The notes: generated by a model not told the origin, from the sequence alone. Counted from the first letter of the stretch, positions 49,322-60,946 are shown. The stretch: DNA of 64,000 bases from an uncultured Cellulophaga sp. (GCA_947492955.1 CANLOV010000013.1:2276-66275), one strand, 5' to 3'. Numbers and translations are program-made.

Positions 49322-50656
49322 ATGAAGAATTTTTTTGATACGTTGGCAAACATCTGGAAAATAGATGAACTTAAAGGTAAAATTTTAGTTACACTAGGTT
49401 TACTTTTGGTTTATCGTTTTGGTGCCCAAATTACACTTCCAGGTATAGATACACAACAACTAGCGGAGTTGACATCGAATACAGGTCAGGGTATTTTAGG
49501 AGTTCTTAATGCTTTTACAGGTGGTGCATTTGCTAAAGCATCAGTTTTTGCTTTAGGGATTATGCCATATATATCAGCATCTATTGTAGTACAATTAATG
49601 GGTATTGCTATCCCTTATCTTCAGAAGTTACAAAAAGAGGGAGAGAGTGGTAGAAAAACCATTAATCAAATTACAAGATGGTTAACTATTGCAATCTGTA
49701 TTGTACAAGCTCCAGCTTATTTATTTGGACTTAGTGCATTAGGAGTTCCAGATTCTGCTTTTGTTTTAGGTAAAGGTTTAGATTTTATGGTTCCTGCAGT
49801 TATAATCTTAGTTACAGGTACTGTTTTTGCAATGTGGTTGGGAGAAAAAATAACTGATAAAGGAATTGGTAATGGTATATCATTGTTAATAATGATAGGT
49901 ATTATTGCAACATTACCTCAGTCTTTTGTGCAAGAATTTATATCAAGAACTACGAATAACAACGGAGGTCTTATGTTTATACTTGTAGAAGTTATCATAT
50001 GGTTCCTAGTTATTTTAGCAAGTGTTTTATTGGTAATGGCAACACGCCAAATACCAGTACAATACGCTAGAAGAACTGCATCTGGAGAATATGAAAAAGG
50101 TTCTAGACAGTATATACCTTTAAAGTTAAACGCTTCTGGTGTAATGCCAATTATATTTGCACAAGCTATTATGTTTGCTCCAGCTGCAATCGGACGTTTA
50201 TTTGAAGATTCTTCTGTTGGGCAATGGATGCAAGTTAATTTTAGTGATATGTTTGGATGGGCATATAATATACTGTTTGGATTGTTAATTATTATATTTA
50301 CATATTTTTATACAGCAATTACAGTTCCAACAAATAAGATGGCAGATGACTTAAAAAGAAGCGGTGGTTTTATCCCTGGAGTTAGACCAGGAAAAGAAAC
50401 TGGAGATTTTCTTGATAAAATTATGTCATTAATTACGTTACCTGGATCTATATTCTTAGCTTTGCTCGCTGTTTTACCGGCGATAGCAGTAAAACTTTTA
50501 GGAATTCAGCCTGGATGGGCTTTATTTTACGGAGGAACATCGCTTTTAATTATGGTAGGAGTAGCAATAGATACGGTACAACAGGTTAATTCATATTTGC
50601 TTAATAGGCATTATGATGGACTAATGAAAACTGGTAAAAATAGAAAAGTAGCATAA
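49322..50656 (+). CDS. secY: Preprotein translocase subunit SecY
   Basis: 444 aa, 10-TM pattern, operon position. Confidence 0.97.
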   Translation: MKNFFDTLANIWKIDELKGKILVTLGLLLVYRFGAQITLPGIDTQQLAELTSNTGQGILGVLNAFTGGAFAKASVFALGIMPYISASIVVQLMGIAIPYLQKLQKEGESGRKTINQITRWLTIAICIVQAPAYLFGLSALGVPDSAFVLGKGLDFMVPAVIILVTGTVFAMWLGEKITDKGIGNGISLLIMIGIIATLPQSFVQEFISRTTNNNGGLMFILVEVIIWFLVILASVLLVMATRQIPVQYARRTASGEYEKGSRQYIPLKLNASGVMPIIFAQAIMFAPAAIGRLFEDSSVGQWMQVNFSDMFGWAYNILFGLLIIIFTYFYTAITVPTNKMADDLKRSGGFIPGVRPGKETGDFLDKIMSLITLPGSIFLALLAVLPAIAVKLLGIQPGWALFYGGTSLLIMVGVAIDTVQQVNSYLLNRHYDGLMKTGKNRKVA

Positions 50657-50659
50657 AGT

Positions 50660-50875
50660 ATGGCTAAACAAGCAGCAATAGAACAAGATGGAAGCATCAT
50701 TGAAGCATTGTCTAACGCAATGTTCCGTGTTGAATTAGAAAACGGGCATGTAGTTACAGCACATATTTCAGGAAAAATGCGTATGCATTATATAAAGTTA
50801 TTACCAGGGGATAAAGTTAAGTTAGAAATGAGTCCCTATGATTTAACAAAAGCAAGAATTACATATAGATATTAA
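50660..50875 (+). CDS. infA: Translation initiation factor IF-1
   Basis: 71 aa with an S1-like fold sequence ([25 protein letters not shown]). Confidence 0.97.
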   Translation: MAKQAAIEQDGSIIEALSNAMFRVELENGHVVTAHISGKMRMHYIKLLPGDKVKLEMSPYDLTKARITYRY

Positions 50876-50884
50876 GCTAATAGG

Positions 50885-51001
50885 ATGAAAGTTAGAGCAT
50901 CAATAAAAAAGAGGAGTGCCGAGTGCAAGATTGTGCGTAGAAAAGGCAGATTGTACGTAATTAATAAAAAGAATCCTAGATTTAAACAAAGACAAGGGTA
51001 A
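50885..51001 (+). CDS. rpmJ: 50S ribosomal protein L36 (Cys-poor, zinc-independent type)
   Basis: Too short (38 aa) for the ORF track. My translation is [38 protein letters not shown]-stop. Confidence 0.92.
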   Translation: MKVRASIKKRSAECKIVRRKGRLYVINKKNPRFKQRQG

Positions 51002-51003
51002 TT

Positions 51004-51378
51004 ATGGCAAGAATTGCAGGTGTAGATATACCAAAACAAAAAAGAGGAGTTATAGCTCTTACTTACATTTTCGGTATCGGAAATAGTAAAGCTAAAGAGA
51101 TTTTAGCTAAAGCTGAAGTTAGTGAAGATACTAAAGTATCAGATTGGAATGATGATGAAATAAGCCGAATTCGTGAGGCAGTTTCTTCATTAACCATAGA
51201 AGGTGAACTTCGTTCTGAGATTCAGTTGAACATTAAACGTTTAATGGATATAGGATGTTATAGAGGTATACGTCATAGATCTGGACTTCCATTAAGAGGT
51301 CAGAGAACTAAGAACAACTCTAGAACAAGAAAAGGTAAAAGAAAGACAGTTGCTAACAAGAAAAAAGCAACTAAGTAA
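51004..51378 (+). CDS. rpsM: 30S ribosomal protein S13
   Basis: 124 aa, [10 protein letters not shown]... Confidence 0.98.
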   Translation: MARIAGVDIPKQKRGVIALTYIFGIGNSKAKEILAKAEVSEDTKVSDWNDDEISRIREAVSSLTIEGELRSEIQLNIKRLMDIGCYRGIRHRSGLPLRGQRTKNNSRTRKGKRKTVANKKKATK

Positions 51379-51487
51379 TAATTAGAAATTATAGTCTTTA
51401 GTCTTTAGACGTTGGAAGGAATCTGTTTGAAATTATAATGGTTTAGGATTCTAGCGACTATCAACTAATACTAAACACTAGAAAATT

Positions 51488-51880
51488 ATGGCAAAGTCAA
51501 ATACAAAAACGGCTAAAAAACGTAAAGTTATAGTAGAGTCTGTTGGTGAAGCACATGTTACCGCTTCTTTTAACAACATTATTATTTCTTTAACAAACAA
51601 AAAAGGAGATGTAATCTCATGGTCATCAGCAGGTAAAATGGGATTCAGAGGTTCTAAAAAGAATACTCCTTATGCAGCACAAGTTGCAGCTGAAGATTGT
51701 GCAAAAGTTGCTCATGAAGCAGGTCTTAGAAAAGTAAAAGTTTACGTTAAAGGACCAGGTAATGGTAGAGAATCTGCTATTCGTTCAGTACACAATGCAG
51801 GTATAGAAGTTACCGAAATTATAGATGTTACTCCATTACCACATAATGGATGTAGACCTCCTAAAAGAAGAAGAGTTTAA
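51488..51880 (+). CDS. rpsK: 30S ribosomal protein S11
   Basis: 130 aa, operon position and sequence. Confidence 0.98.
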   Translation: MAKSNTKTAKKRKVIVESVGEAHVTASFNNIIISLTNKKGDVISWSSAGKMGFRGSKKNTPYAAQVAAEDCAKVAHEAGLRKVKVYVKGPGNGRESAIRSVHNAGIEVTEIIDVTPLPHNGCRPPKRRRV

Positions 51881-51895
51881 TTAATATATAATCAA

Positions 51896-51974
51896 AAATA
51901 GCCCTAATAGGGCTATTTCTAGGAAATGTAGTTACGATTATCGAAGGATAAGCCTTAATTCATAATCACATTTC
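51896..51974 (+). promoter_or_regulatory. Two-hairpin structured spacer upstream of rpsD (candidate S4 autoregulatory leader)
   Basis: Perfect palindrome aaatagcccta-a-tagggctattt (51896..51918). Then a nested hairpin GAAATGT / GATTAT / AAGG-ataag-CCTT / ATAATC / ACATTTC (51923..51974), ending 14 nt before the rpsD ATG. Confidence 0.4.
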
Positions 51975-51988
51975 TAAATTTAAAGAAG

Positions 51989-52594
51989 ATGGCAAGATAT
52001 ACAGGACCAAAAACTAAAATTGCTCGTAAATTTGGCGAAGCAATATTCGGAGACGATAAAGCTTTTGAAAAAAGAAATTATCCTCCAGGACAACACGGTA
52101 ACAACAGACGTCGTGGCAAAAAATCTGAATATGCAATCCAATTAATGGAGAAGCAAAAAGCTAAATACACTTATGGTATTTTAGAAAAGCAATTCAGAAA
52201 CTTATTCTCAAAAGCAAACAGAAGTAAAGGTGTAACAGGTGAAGTTTTACTTCAGTTATGTGAGTCACGTTTAGATAATGTTGTTTACAGAATGGGAATA
52301 TCTACTTCTAGAAGTGGAGCAAGACAATTAGTATCACACAGACATATAACTGTAAATGGTGAGTTATTAAACGTACCATCTTACTCAGTAAAACCTGGTG
52401 ATGTTATTGGAGTTAGAGAAAAATCTAAATCATTACAAACTATACAAGACTCTTTGGCAGCAAACAGTAGTGTATACGAGTGGATTACATGGAACACTGA
52501 AAAGAAAGAGGGTACTTTTGTTACTACTCCAGAAAGAATTCAGATTCCAGAAAATATAAAAGAACAATTAATCGTCGAGTTATACTCTAAATAA
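51989..52594 (+). CDS. rpsD: 30S ribosomal protein S4
   Basis: 201 aa, [17 protein letters not shown]... Confidence 0.98.
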   Translation: MARYTGPKTKIARKFGEAIFGDDKAFEKRNYPPGQHGNNRRRGKKSEYAIQLMEKQKAKYTYGILEKQFRNLFSKANRSKGVTGEVLLQLCESRLDNVVYRMGISTSRSGARQLVSHRHITVNGELLNVPSYSVKPGDVIGVREKSKSLQTIQDSLAANSSVYEWITWNTEKKEGTFVTTPERIQIPENIKEQLIVELYSK

Positions 52595-52611
52595 ACAACA
52601 CTGATCTAATT

Positions 52612-53604
52612 ATGGCATTATTAAATTTTCAAAAGCCCGATAAAGTTATAATGATTGATTCTACCGATTTTGAAGGGAAGTTTGAATTCCGCCCTTTAGA
52701 ACCTGGTTATGGATTAACTGTTGGAAACGCGCTAAGAAGAGTATTACTTTCTTCATTAGAAGGTTTTGCTATTACATCAATAAGAATAGATAAAGTTGAG
52801 CACGAATTTTCAGTTATCCCTGGTGTTGTAGAAGACGTTACAGAGATTATTCTGAATTTAAAACAAGTTCGTTTTAAACGTCAAATAGAAGATGTAGAGA
52901 CTGAGGCAGTATCTATTTCAGTTAGTGGTAAACAACAATTAACTGCTGGAGATTTCCAGAAATTTATTTCAGGATATCAAGTACTAAATCCAGATTTAGT
53001 TATTTGTAACATGGACCCTAAAGTTAGTATCAATATGGAAATCATTATTGAGAAAGGCCGTGGGTATGTACCAGCTGAAGAAAATAAAAAATCGGGTGTT
53101 CCATTAGGTAGCATAGCAATAGATTCTATATTTACACCTATTAAAAATGTAAAATATAGTATAGAAAACTATCGTGTAGAGCAAAAAACAGATTACGAAA
53201 AATTAATTTTCGAAATTGTTTCTGATGGTTCTATAGCACCTAAAGATGCTTTAACAGAAGCAGCCAAGGTTCTTATTCACCACTTTATGTTATTCTCTGA
53301 TGAGCGTATTACGTTAGAAGCAGATGAAATAGCACAGACTGAAACATATGATGAGGAATCTTTACATATGCGTCAGTTATTAAAAACGAAGTTGGTAGAT
53401 ATGGATTTATCTGTCAGAGCTTTAAATTGCTTAAAAGCAGCAGAAGTAGATACATTAGGAGATTTAGTTTCTTTTAACAAAAATGATTTAATGAAGTTTA
53501 GAAACTTTGGTAAAAAATCATTAACTGAGTTAGAAGAGTTAGTCATTAACAAAGGACTAAGTTTTGGAATGGATTTATCAAAATATAAATTAGATAAGGA
53601 TTAA
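52612..53604 (+). CDS. rpoA: DNA-directed RNA polymerase subunit alpha
   Basis: 330 aa with N-terminal assembly domain and C-terminal HhH domain ([20 protein letters not shown]). Confidence 0.98.
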   Translation: MALLNFQKPDKVIMIDSTDFEGKFEFRPLEPGYGLTVGNALRRVLLSSLEGFAITSIRIDKVEHEFSVIPGVVEDVTEIILNLKQVRFKRQIEDVETEAVSISVSGKQQLTAGDFQKFISGYQVLNPDLVICNMDPKVSINMEIIIEKGRGYVPAEENKKSGVPLGSIAIDSIFTPIKNVKYSIENYRVEQKTDYEKLIFEIVSDGSIAPKDALTEAAKVLIHHFMLFSDERITLEADEIAQTETYDEESLHMRQLLKTKLVDMDLSVRALNCLKAAEVDTLGDLVSFNKNDLMKFRNFGKKSLTELEELVINKGLSFGMDLSKYKLDKD

Positions 53605-53663
53605 ATAATCATATTTTGCTCTCCTATAAATGGATTTGGTAGCAAGATGATAAATTAGAAAAA

Positions 53664-54164
53664 ATGAGACACGGAAAAAAGGTTAATCATTTAGGAAGAA
53701 AAACAGCGCATAGAAAAGCTATGTTAGCCAATATGGCATGTTCTTTAATAGAGCATAAAAGAATTAATACAACTGTAGCTAAAGCAAAAGCTTTAAAACA
53801 GTTTATTGAACCATTAATTACTAAGGCTAAAACTGAAAATAATCAGACAACAGAAAAAGGTACGCATAACAGACGTATTGTTTTTAAAAATCTTAGAGAT
53901 AAATATGCTGTTTCTGAGTTGTTTGGTGGTGTTGCTGAAAAGGTAGGAGAAAGACCAGGAGGATATACAAGAATTATTAAATTAGGTAATCGTCTTGGAG
54001 ATAACGCTGATATGGCTTTAATAGAGCTTGTAGATTACAATGAAATATACAGCGTAGGCAAATCAAAAGAAAAAGCTAAGAAATCAACAAGAAGAAGTAG
54101 AAGTAAAAAAGCTGCTGCTCCTGCTGTTGAAGCTGAAACTAAAACTGATGATTCAGAAGAATAA
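53664..54164 (+). CDS. rplQ: 50S ribosomal protein L17
   Basis: 166 aa, [24 protein letters not shown]..., with a Lys/Ala-rich C-terminal tail. Confidence 0.97.
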   Translation: MRHGKKVNHLGRKTAHRKAMLANMACSLIEHKRINTTVAKAKALKQFIEPLITKAKTENNQTTEKGTHNRRIVFKNLRDKYAVSELFGGVAEKVGERPGGYTRIIKLGNRLGDNADMALIELVDYNEIYSVGKSKEKAKKSTRRSRSKKAAAPAVEAETKTDDSEE

Positions 54165-54193
54165 AAAAATGGTATTATTTTTTTAATATTCAT

Positions 54194-54227
54194 AAAAGGA
54201 TAGGCCTCGTAGTCTATCCTTTTTTTT
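54194..54227 (+). terminator. Rho-independent terminator ending the ribosomal super-operon
   Basis: AAAAGGATAG-gcctcgtagt-CTATCCTTTT followed by a T-run. Confidence 0.8.
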
Positions 54228-54261
54228 ATGTTAATCAATTAAATAATTTTTCAAGAATTAA

Positions 54262-55374
54262 ATGAAATATCAAACTAAAAAGAAAGCGTTAATATTATTA
54301 GCAGACGGAACTATTTTTCATGGGAAATCTGTAGGAGATAAAGAAGGAACAGCCTTTGGCGAGGTTTGTTTTAATACTGGTATGACTGGTTACCAAGAAA
54401 TTTTTACTGATCCATCTTATTTTGGACAGTTAATGGTAACTACCAATGCGCATATTGGTAATTATGGAACTAATAGTGATGAAAATGAGTCTGATTCTGT
54501 AAAAATATCAGGTTTAATATGTAAAAACTTTAGTTACGAGTATTCTAGAGATAACGCAGATTCTAGTTTACCAACTTTTTTAGATGATAATAAGCTTTTT
54601 GCAATATCTGATGTAGATACAAGAGCATTGGTAAGTTACATTAGAGATAATGGAGCTATGAATGCTGTAATTTCTACAGATGTTGATAATATAGCTGGTT
54701 TAAAAGAACAATTATCAAAAGTACCTAGTATGAATGGTTTAGAATTAGCTTCTAAAGTATCTACTAAAGAGCCGTACTTTTATGGAGATGAAAATGCTAC
54801 GTTTAAAATTTCTGCATTAGATATAGGAATTAAAAAGAATATATTAAGAAACTTAGCTAAAAGAGGAGCTTACATAAAAGTATTTCCATACAATACTAGT
54901 TTTAACGAATTAAAAGAGTGGAACCCAGATGGCTATTTTATTTCTAATGGACCAGGTGATCCAGAACCATTAAATGAAGCTATTGCAACTGCTAAAGAAA
55001 TTATAGCAAGCAATAAACCTTTGTTTGGAATATGTTTAGGGCACCAAGTAATTGCATTAGCTAATGGTATATCTACCTATAAAATGCACAATGGGCATAG
55101 AGGTATTAACCATCCAGTGAAAAATTTCTTAACAGGAAAAGGAGAAATAACATCTCAGAACCATGGTTTTGCTATTAATAGAGAAGAAGCAGAAGCAAAT
55201 GCAGATATAGAAATTACACATGAGCATTTAAATGATCAGACAGTAGCGGGGATTAGAATGAAAGATAAGAATGTATTTTCTGTTCAATACCACCCAGAAG
55301 CAGGTCCAGGTCCAAATGATGCAACATATTTGTTCGACCAATTTTTCGATTTAATTAAAACAAATTCTAACTAA
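54262..55374 (+). CDS. carA: Carbamoyl-phosphate synthase small (glutamine amidotransferase) subunit
   Basis: 370 aa. GATase triad context GICLGHQ and QYHPE. CPSase small-chain N-domain. Confidence 0.9.
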   Translation: MKYQTKKKALILLADGTIFHGKSVGDKEGTAFGEVCFNTGMTGYQEIFTDPSYFGQLMVTTNAHIGNYGTNSDENESDSVKISGLICKNFSYEYSRDNADSSLPTFLDDNKLFAISDVDTRALVSYIRDNGAMNAVISTDVDNIAGLKEQLSKVPSMNGLELASKVSTKEPYFYGDENATFKISALDIGIKKNILRNLAKRGAYIKVFPYNTSFNELKEWNPDGYFISNGPGDPEPLNEAIATAKEIIASNKPLFGICLGHQVIALANGISTYKMHNGHRGINHPVKNFLTGKGEITSQNHGFAINREEAEANADIEITHEHLNDQTVAGIRMKDKNVFSVQYHPEAGPGPNDATYLFDQFFDLIKTNSN

Positions 55375-55482
55375 AACGTTATAGCTTTAAATTAAGGTTA
55401 TTATATAGCGAATAGCATACTGTAAAGCCTATAGTTGTAGGTGTGGTTTTGTATATTTGCGGCGTAAAATTAACAATATTAA

Positions 55483-56790
<1,308 letters not shown>

Positions 56791-56813
56791 TACGAGTATT
56801 TTATTCGTTATGT

Positions 56814-56846
56814 AAAAGCCTTTCTAAATTTAGAAAGGCTTTTTTT
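56814..56846 (+). terminator. Rho-independent terminator after eno
   Basis: AAAAGCCTTTCTAAA/TTTAGAAAGGCTTTT palindrome followed by a T-run. Confidence 0.8.
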
Positions 56847-56941
56847 ATACAATTTCTTATTATAAAATTAATTGTAGTTAAAAATTAATTAATTATCTTT
56901 TTAACGTTGAAAGTATTAATATAAATATCCATAAAAATTTA

Positions 56942-58483
56942 ATGAATAATTTTCTTTTTGTTGCTGCAGAGAACGATGCTATTCCTAAGTGTAAAGCAGG
57001 CGGAATGGGCGATGTTGTTAGAGATGTTCCTAGGCAAATATCCGAACGTGGAGATAAAGTGCATGTAGTAGTTCCTGCATATTCTAGATTACATGTAGAT
57101 GGAATTTTTAAAGCACATTTGAACTTTCAGCTAAGAGGAATAGATTATTCTGCAGAATTATATGAGGTTGCGCCTAAAAAAGACATAAAGAATATACATC
57201 ATTATGTAATACATCATCCTGAAATAGAAGCAGGTGATATAGCGCATATGTATCATAACGATCCAGAAGAACCTTTTTATACCGATGCTATAAAATATTT
57301 TATTTTTTGTACTGCTATCTCGGAAGCTATAAAAATTGGAGAGTTTGGTAAATTAGATATCGTTCATATGCATGATTGGCATACTAGTTTATTATTATTT
57401 TTAAGGGAGTACGATCCAAGGTATACTTTGTTAAAGGAAATAAGGTTCGTATATAGTATTCATAATTTAGCAATACAAGGAATACGACCTTTTGAAAATA
57501 ATTATTCGTCTGTAAAAAATTGGTTCCCAAATATCGAATTAGATATAGACAAGTTAAAAGATTATAGATATCAGGATTGTATTAATTTAATGTCTGTAGG
57601 GATTAGATTAGCAGATATAGTACATACAGTGTCGCCATCTTACAAGGAAGATATTTTATTACCTAGCATTCCTCCAGAATTTATAGGAGGAGAAGGTTTG
57701 GAAAAAGATTTGTTAAAAGCAAATAGTGAGGGGCGTTTAATAGGTATTCTTAATGGTTGTAATTATAGTAATATACGAACTGCCAAGAAAAATAATTTGT
57801 ACACTAATATTATAACAGCTATTTTTCAATGGTTACAACAAGAATCTAAAAAATATAAAGCGGACTTTTTAGCGCATACTGGAGAAAAAGTAGTAAAGCT
57901 TTTAAAAGAGCCACCAAGCTTTGTTTTTTCTAGTGTAGCACGTTTAACAGAGCAAAAATTTTATTTTTTTAAAAGGTCTCCAGATATACTTAAGTCAATA
58001 TTAAAAAAGTTAAAAGAGATTAATGGTGTTTATCTGCTTTTAGGAACAGGAATACCCGAGTACGAAGAGTTGTTTAGAGAGATAAGTTATGAGAACGATA
58101 ATTTTATATTTATAAACGGACAATCTGAAGACGTAATAGATTCTATTTATTTAGAAACAGATTTATATTTTATGCCAAGTTTATTTGAACCATGTGGTAT
58201 AAGTCAAATGTTGGCCATGAGAAATGGAAATCCTTGTTTAGTGCACCATACCGGAGGATTAAAAGATACGGTGATAAATTTAAAAACAGGCTTTAGTTTT
58301 AATGGTGATACCTACGATGATAAAATTAAAAATATGTTAGAAACTGTAGATGTAGCTTTAACAACGTTTTCTACAGATAAAAATGCATGGAAACAAATAA
58401 AATCCAATGCCAAGAAAGTAAAATTTACATGGGAAAAATCGGTTAATCAATATTATACCGATTTATATTCAATAAAAATGTAA
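56942..58483 (+). CDS. GT5-type glycogen/starch-synthase-like glycosyltransferase
   Basis: 513 aa. N-terminal FVAAENDAIPKCKAGGMGDVV is a variant of the KxGGL motif of GlgA. C-terminal GT-B motifs (MPSLFEPCGISQM). Confidence 0.7.
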   Translation: MNNFLFVAAENDAIPKCKAGGMGDVVRDVPRQISERGDKVHVVVPAYSRLHVDGIFKAHLNFQLRGIDYSAELYEVAPKKDIKNIHHYVIHHPEIEAGDIAHMYHNDPEEPFYTDAIKYFIFCTAISEAIKIGEFGKLDIVHMHDWHTSLLLFLREYDPRYTLLKEIRFVYSIHNLAIQGIRPFENNYSSVKNWFPNIELDIDKLKDYRYQDCINLMSVGIRLADIVHTVSPSYKEDILLPSIPPEFIGGEGLEKDLLKANSEGRLIGILNGCNYSNIRTAKKNNLYTNIITAIFQWLQQESKKYKADFLAHTGEKVVKLLKEPPSFVFSSVARLTEQKFYFFKRSPDILKSILKKLKEINGVYLLLGTGIPEYEELFREISYENDNFIFINGQSEDVIDSIYLETDLYFMPSLFEPCGISQMLAMRNGNPCLVHHTGGLKDTVINLKTGFSFNGDTYDDKIKNMLETVDVALTTFSTDKNAWKQIKSNAKKVKFTWEKSVNQYYTDLYSIKM

Positions 58484-58631
58484 TTTTTACCCACTAATAA
58501 TTAAGAACTCACAAAAAAAAACTATATATCAATAGTTTTGTTAATAATGACTTAAATGGTCTGCAAAGGATTGTTAAGGTTGTGTGTTTTTCTTAAATTT
58601 ACGCTTAGATTAAAATCAGTAAAACATTCAA

Positions 58632-59915
58632 ATGTCAGATAAAGCAACTTTAGAATACAAAGGAGATAAGTATGAGTTTCCTGTTATTGAAGGTTCAGAA
58701 AATGAGCTTGCTATTAATATAAAAACATTAAGAGGTGCATCGGGTATGATTACCATTGATCCTGGATATAAAAATACAGGTTCATGTGAGAGCGCTATTA
58801 CTTTTTTAGATGGCGAAAAAGGAATATTGAGTTATAGAGGATATTCTATTGAAGAGCTAGCAGAAAAAGCAGATTTTTTAGAAGTAGCTTATCTTTTAAT
58901 ATTTGGAGAGTTACCTAATAAAGAGCAATTAGATAAATTTCATCAAGATATAAAATCAGAATCTCATGTAGATGAGGAGATGAAGAAAATTTTAGACGGT
59001 TTTCCAAAATCTGCTCACCCAATGGGAGTTTTGTCGTCTTTAACTAGTGCATTAGTAGCTTTTAATCCTGAGAGTGTAGATATTTCTTCTGAAAAAGAAA
59101 TGTACGATGCTATTGTTACTTTATTAGCTAAGTTTCCAGTGTTAGTTGCTTGGGCAATGCGTAAGAAAAAAGGACTTCCTTTAGATTACGGAGATGATAG
59201 TTTAGGTTATGTAGAGAACATTCATAAAATGATGTTTAAAAAACCAAACCAAGAATACAAGAAAAATAAAATAGTTATAGATGCATTAGATAAGCTATTA
59301 ATCTTACATGCAGATCATGAGCAAAACTGTTCTACATCTACAGTGCGTATAGTAGGTTCTTCTCATGCTGGTTTATTTGCTTCTATATCTGCTGGTATTT
59401 CTGCATTATGGGGTCCTTTACACGGAGGTGCTAACCAGGCTGTATTAGAAATGTTAGAAGCTATTGAAGCTGATGGTGGAGATACTAAAAAATATATGGC
59501 TAAAGCAAAAGATAAAAGTGATCCTTTTAGACTTATGGGCTTTGGGCATAGAGTATATAAAAACTTTGACCCTAGAGCAAAAATTATAAAAGTTGCTGCA
59601 GATGAAGTTTTAAATGATTTAGGAATAGATGATCCTATTTTAGAAATAGCTAAAGGTTTGGAGCAAGAAGCATTAAATGACGAATACTTTGTAAAAAGAA
59701 AACTATACCCTAATGTAGATTTTTACTCTGGTATTATATATAGAGCATTAGGTATACCAACAGAAATGTTTACAGTAATGTTTGCTTTAGGTCGTTTACC
59801 AGGTTGGATTGCACAATGGAGAGAAATGCGTTTAAAGAACGAACCAATTGGTCGTCCAAGACAAGTATACGTTGGAGAAAATTTAAGACCTTTTGTAGCG
59901 GTAGAAAAAAGATAA
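58632..59915 (+). CDS. gltA: Citrate synthase (type II)
   Basis: 427 aa, LILHADHEQNCSTST and MGFGHRVYKNFDPR motifs. Confidence 0.97.
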   Translation: MSDKATLEYKGDKYEFPVIEGSENELAINIKTLRGASGMITIDPGYKNTGSCESAITFLDGEKGILSYRGYSIEELAEKADFLEVAYLLIFGELPNKEQLDKFHQDIKSESHVDEEMKKILDGFPKSAHPMGVLSSLTSALVAFNPESVDISSEKEMYDAIVTLLAKFPVLVAWAMRKKKGLPLDYGDDSLGYVENIHKMMFKKPNQEYKKNKIVIDALDKLLILHADHEQNCSTSTVRIVGSSHAGLFASISAGISALWGPLHGGANQAVLEMLEAIEADGGDTKKYMAKAKDKSDPFRLMGFGHRVYKNFDPRAKIIKVAADEVLNDLGIDDPILEIAKGLEQEALNDEYFVKRKLYPNVDFYSGIIYRALGIPTEMFTVMFALGRLPGWIAQWREMRLKNEPIGRPRQVYVGENLRPFVAVEKR

Positions 59916-59936
59916 TAATATAAAGTATATTTATAT

Positions 59937-59977
59937 AAAACCCCATTGTAATGTATTTGCAATGGGGTTATTTTTTT
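59937..59977 (+). terminator. Rho-independent terminator after gltA
   Basis: AAAACCCCATTG-loop-CAATGGGGTT followed by TATTTTTTT. Confidence 0.8.
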
Positions 59978-60031
59978 AGCATATATTTATGTTATAAATG
60001 AGTAATAATAACCCCAAACTTACATTGTATA

Positions 60032-60946
60032 ATGTTGCAATTATCTATTATAAACGAAACAGCTACATTAAAAGCTGTTTTGTTGGGAACAGCTAAAAGT
60101 TGTGGTCCAGTTCCAAAACCAGAAGAAGCATACGATCCTAAGTCGTTAGAGCATATATTGGCTGGTACATATCCAAAAGAAAAAGATATGATATTAGAAA
60201 TGGATGCTTTTGACAATGTTTTAAAAAAATATAATGTAAAAGTATACCGACCAGAGATTTTAGAAAATTGTAACCAAATCTTTTCTAGAGATATAGCATT
60301 TGTTATTGAAGATAAATTAATAAAAGCGAATATACTTCCCGATAGGGAAGAAGAACTAGAAGCAATATTACATGTACTAGATGAGATTAACCCAGAAAAT
60401 ATTATAACTCCGCCAAAAGAAGTGCATGTAGAAGGTGGCGATGTAATGCCTTGGAACAATTATATATTTATAGGAACTTACACAAGAGATGATTATGCAG
60501 ATTATATTACAGCAAGAACAAATAAAGAAGCTGTAGATTTTATTAGAAGTACATTCCCTAATAAAACAATTAAATCTTTTGAACTTAGAAAATCTAATAC
60601 CAATGCCAAAGAAAATGCATTACATTTAGATTGTTGTTTTCAGCCCATAGGAAAAGGCAAAGCAATACTACATAAAAATGGTTTTTTAATAGAAGAAGAA
60701 TATAAATGGCTAGTATCTTATTTTGGAGAGGAGAATATTTTTGAAATAACAAAAGAAGAAATGTACAATATGTATAGTAACGTTTTTTCTATATCGCCAA
60801 AGGTAGTAGTATCGGAACGTAGCTTTACAAGATTAAATAATTGGCTTAAAGAAAAAGGGTTTATAGTAGAAGAAATTCCATATGCAGAAATTTCTAAGCA
60901 AGAAGGGCTATTGCGCTGTAGTACAATGCCTTTGGTTAGGTGTTAA
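60032..60946 (+). CDS. Amidinotransferase-fold enzyme (dimethylarginine dimethylaminohydrolase / arginine-deiminase-like)
   Basis: 304 aa with ALHLDCCFQP. C-terminal catalytic Cys context GLLRCSTMPL, typical of the guanidino-group-modifying superfamily. Confidence 0.7.
   Translation: MLQLSIINETATLKAVLLGTAKSCGPVPKPEEAYDPKSLEHILAGTYPKEKDMILEMDAFDNVLKKYNVKVYRPEILENCNQIFSRDIAFVIEDKLIKANILPDREEELEAILHVLDEINPENIITPPKEVHVEGGDVMPWNNYIFIGTYTRDDYADYITARTNKEAVDFIRSTFPNKTIKSFELRKSNTNAKENALHLDCCFQPIGKGKAILHKNGFLIEEEYKWLVSYFGEENIFEITKEEMYNMYSNVFSISPKVVVSERSFTRLNNWLKEKGFIVEEIPYAEISKQEGLLRCSTMPLVRC

Noticed and set aside
37877-54238. Minus-strand ORFs inside the ribosomal operon (37877..38152, 40475..40714, 41728..41931, 42127..42339, 43305..43499, 44912..45175, 54035..54238) and 21462..21650, 28209..28391, 61491..61676, 63390..63791.
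   Set aside because: Each overlaps a confidently identified gene on the opposite strand. These are shadow ORFs.
55452-55459. TATATTTG (-7-like box) upstream of eno.
   Set aside because: It matches TAnnTTTG, but the nearest upstream TTG gives a 14 nt spacer instead of about 19 nt. I did not list it as a promoter.
58518-58539. AAAACTAT-atatca-ATAGTTTT hairpin after the glycogen-synthase-like gene, considered as a terminator.
   Set aside because: The stem is entirely AT-rich (one C-G pair) and its T-run is part of the stem. It is too weak to annotate.
59992-60459. 155 aa minus-strand ORF rich in Ser/Ile.
   Set aside because: It lies antisense to the well-supported amidinotransferase-fold CDS (60032..60946). 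Its 3' end lies in the spacer just beyond the gltA terminator. Its low-complexity composition indicates a shadow ORF.
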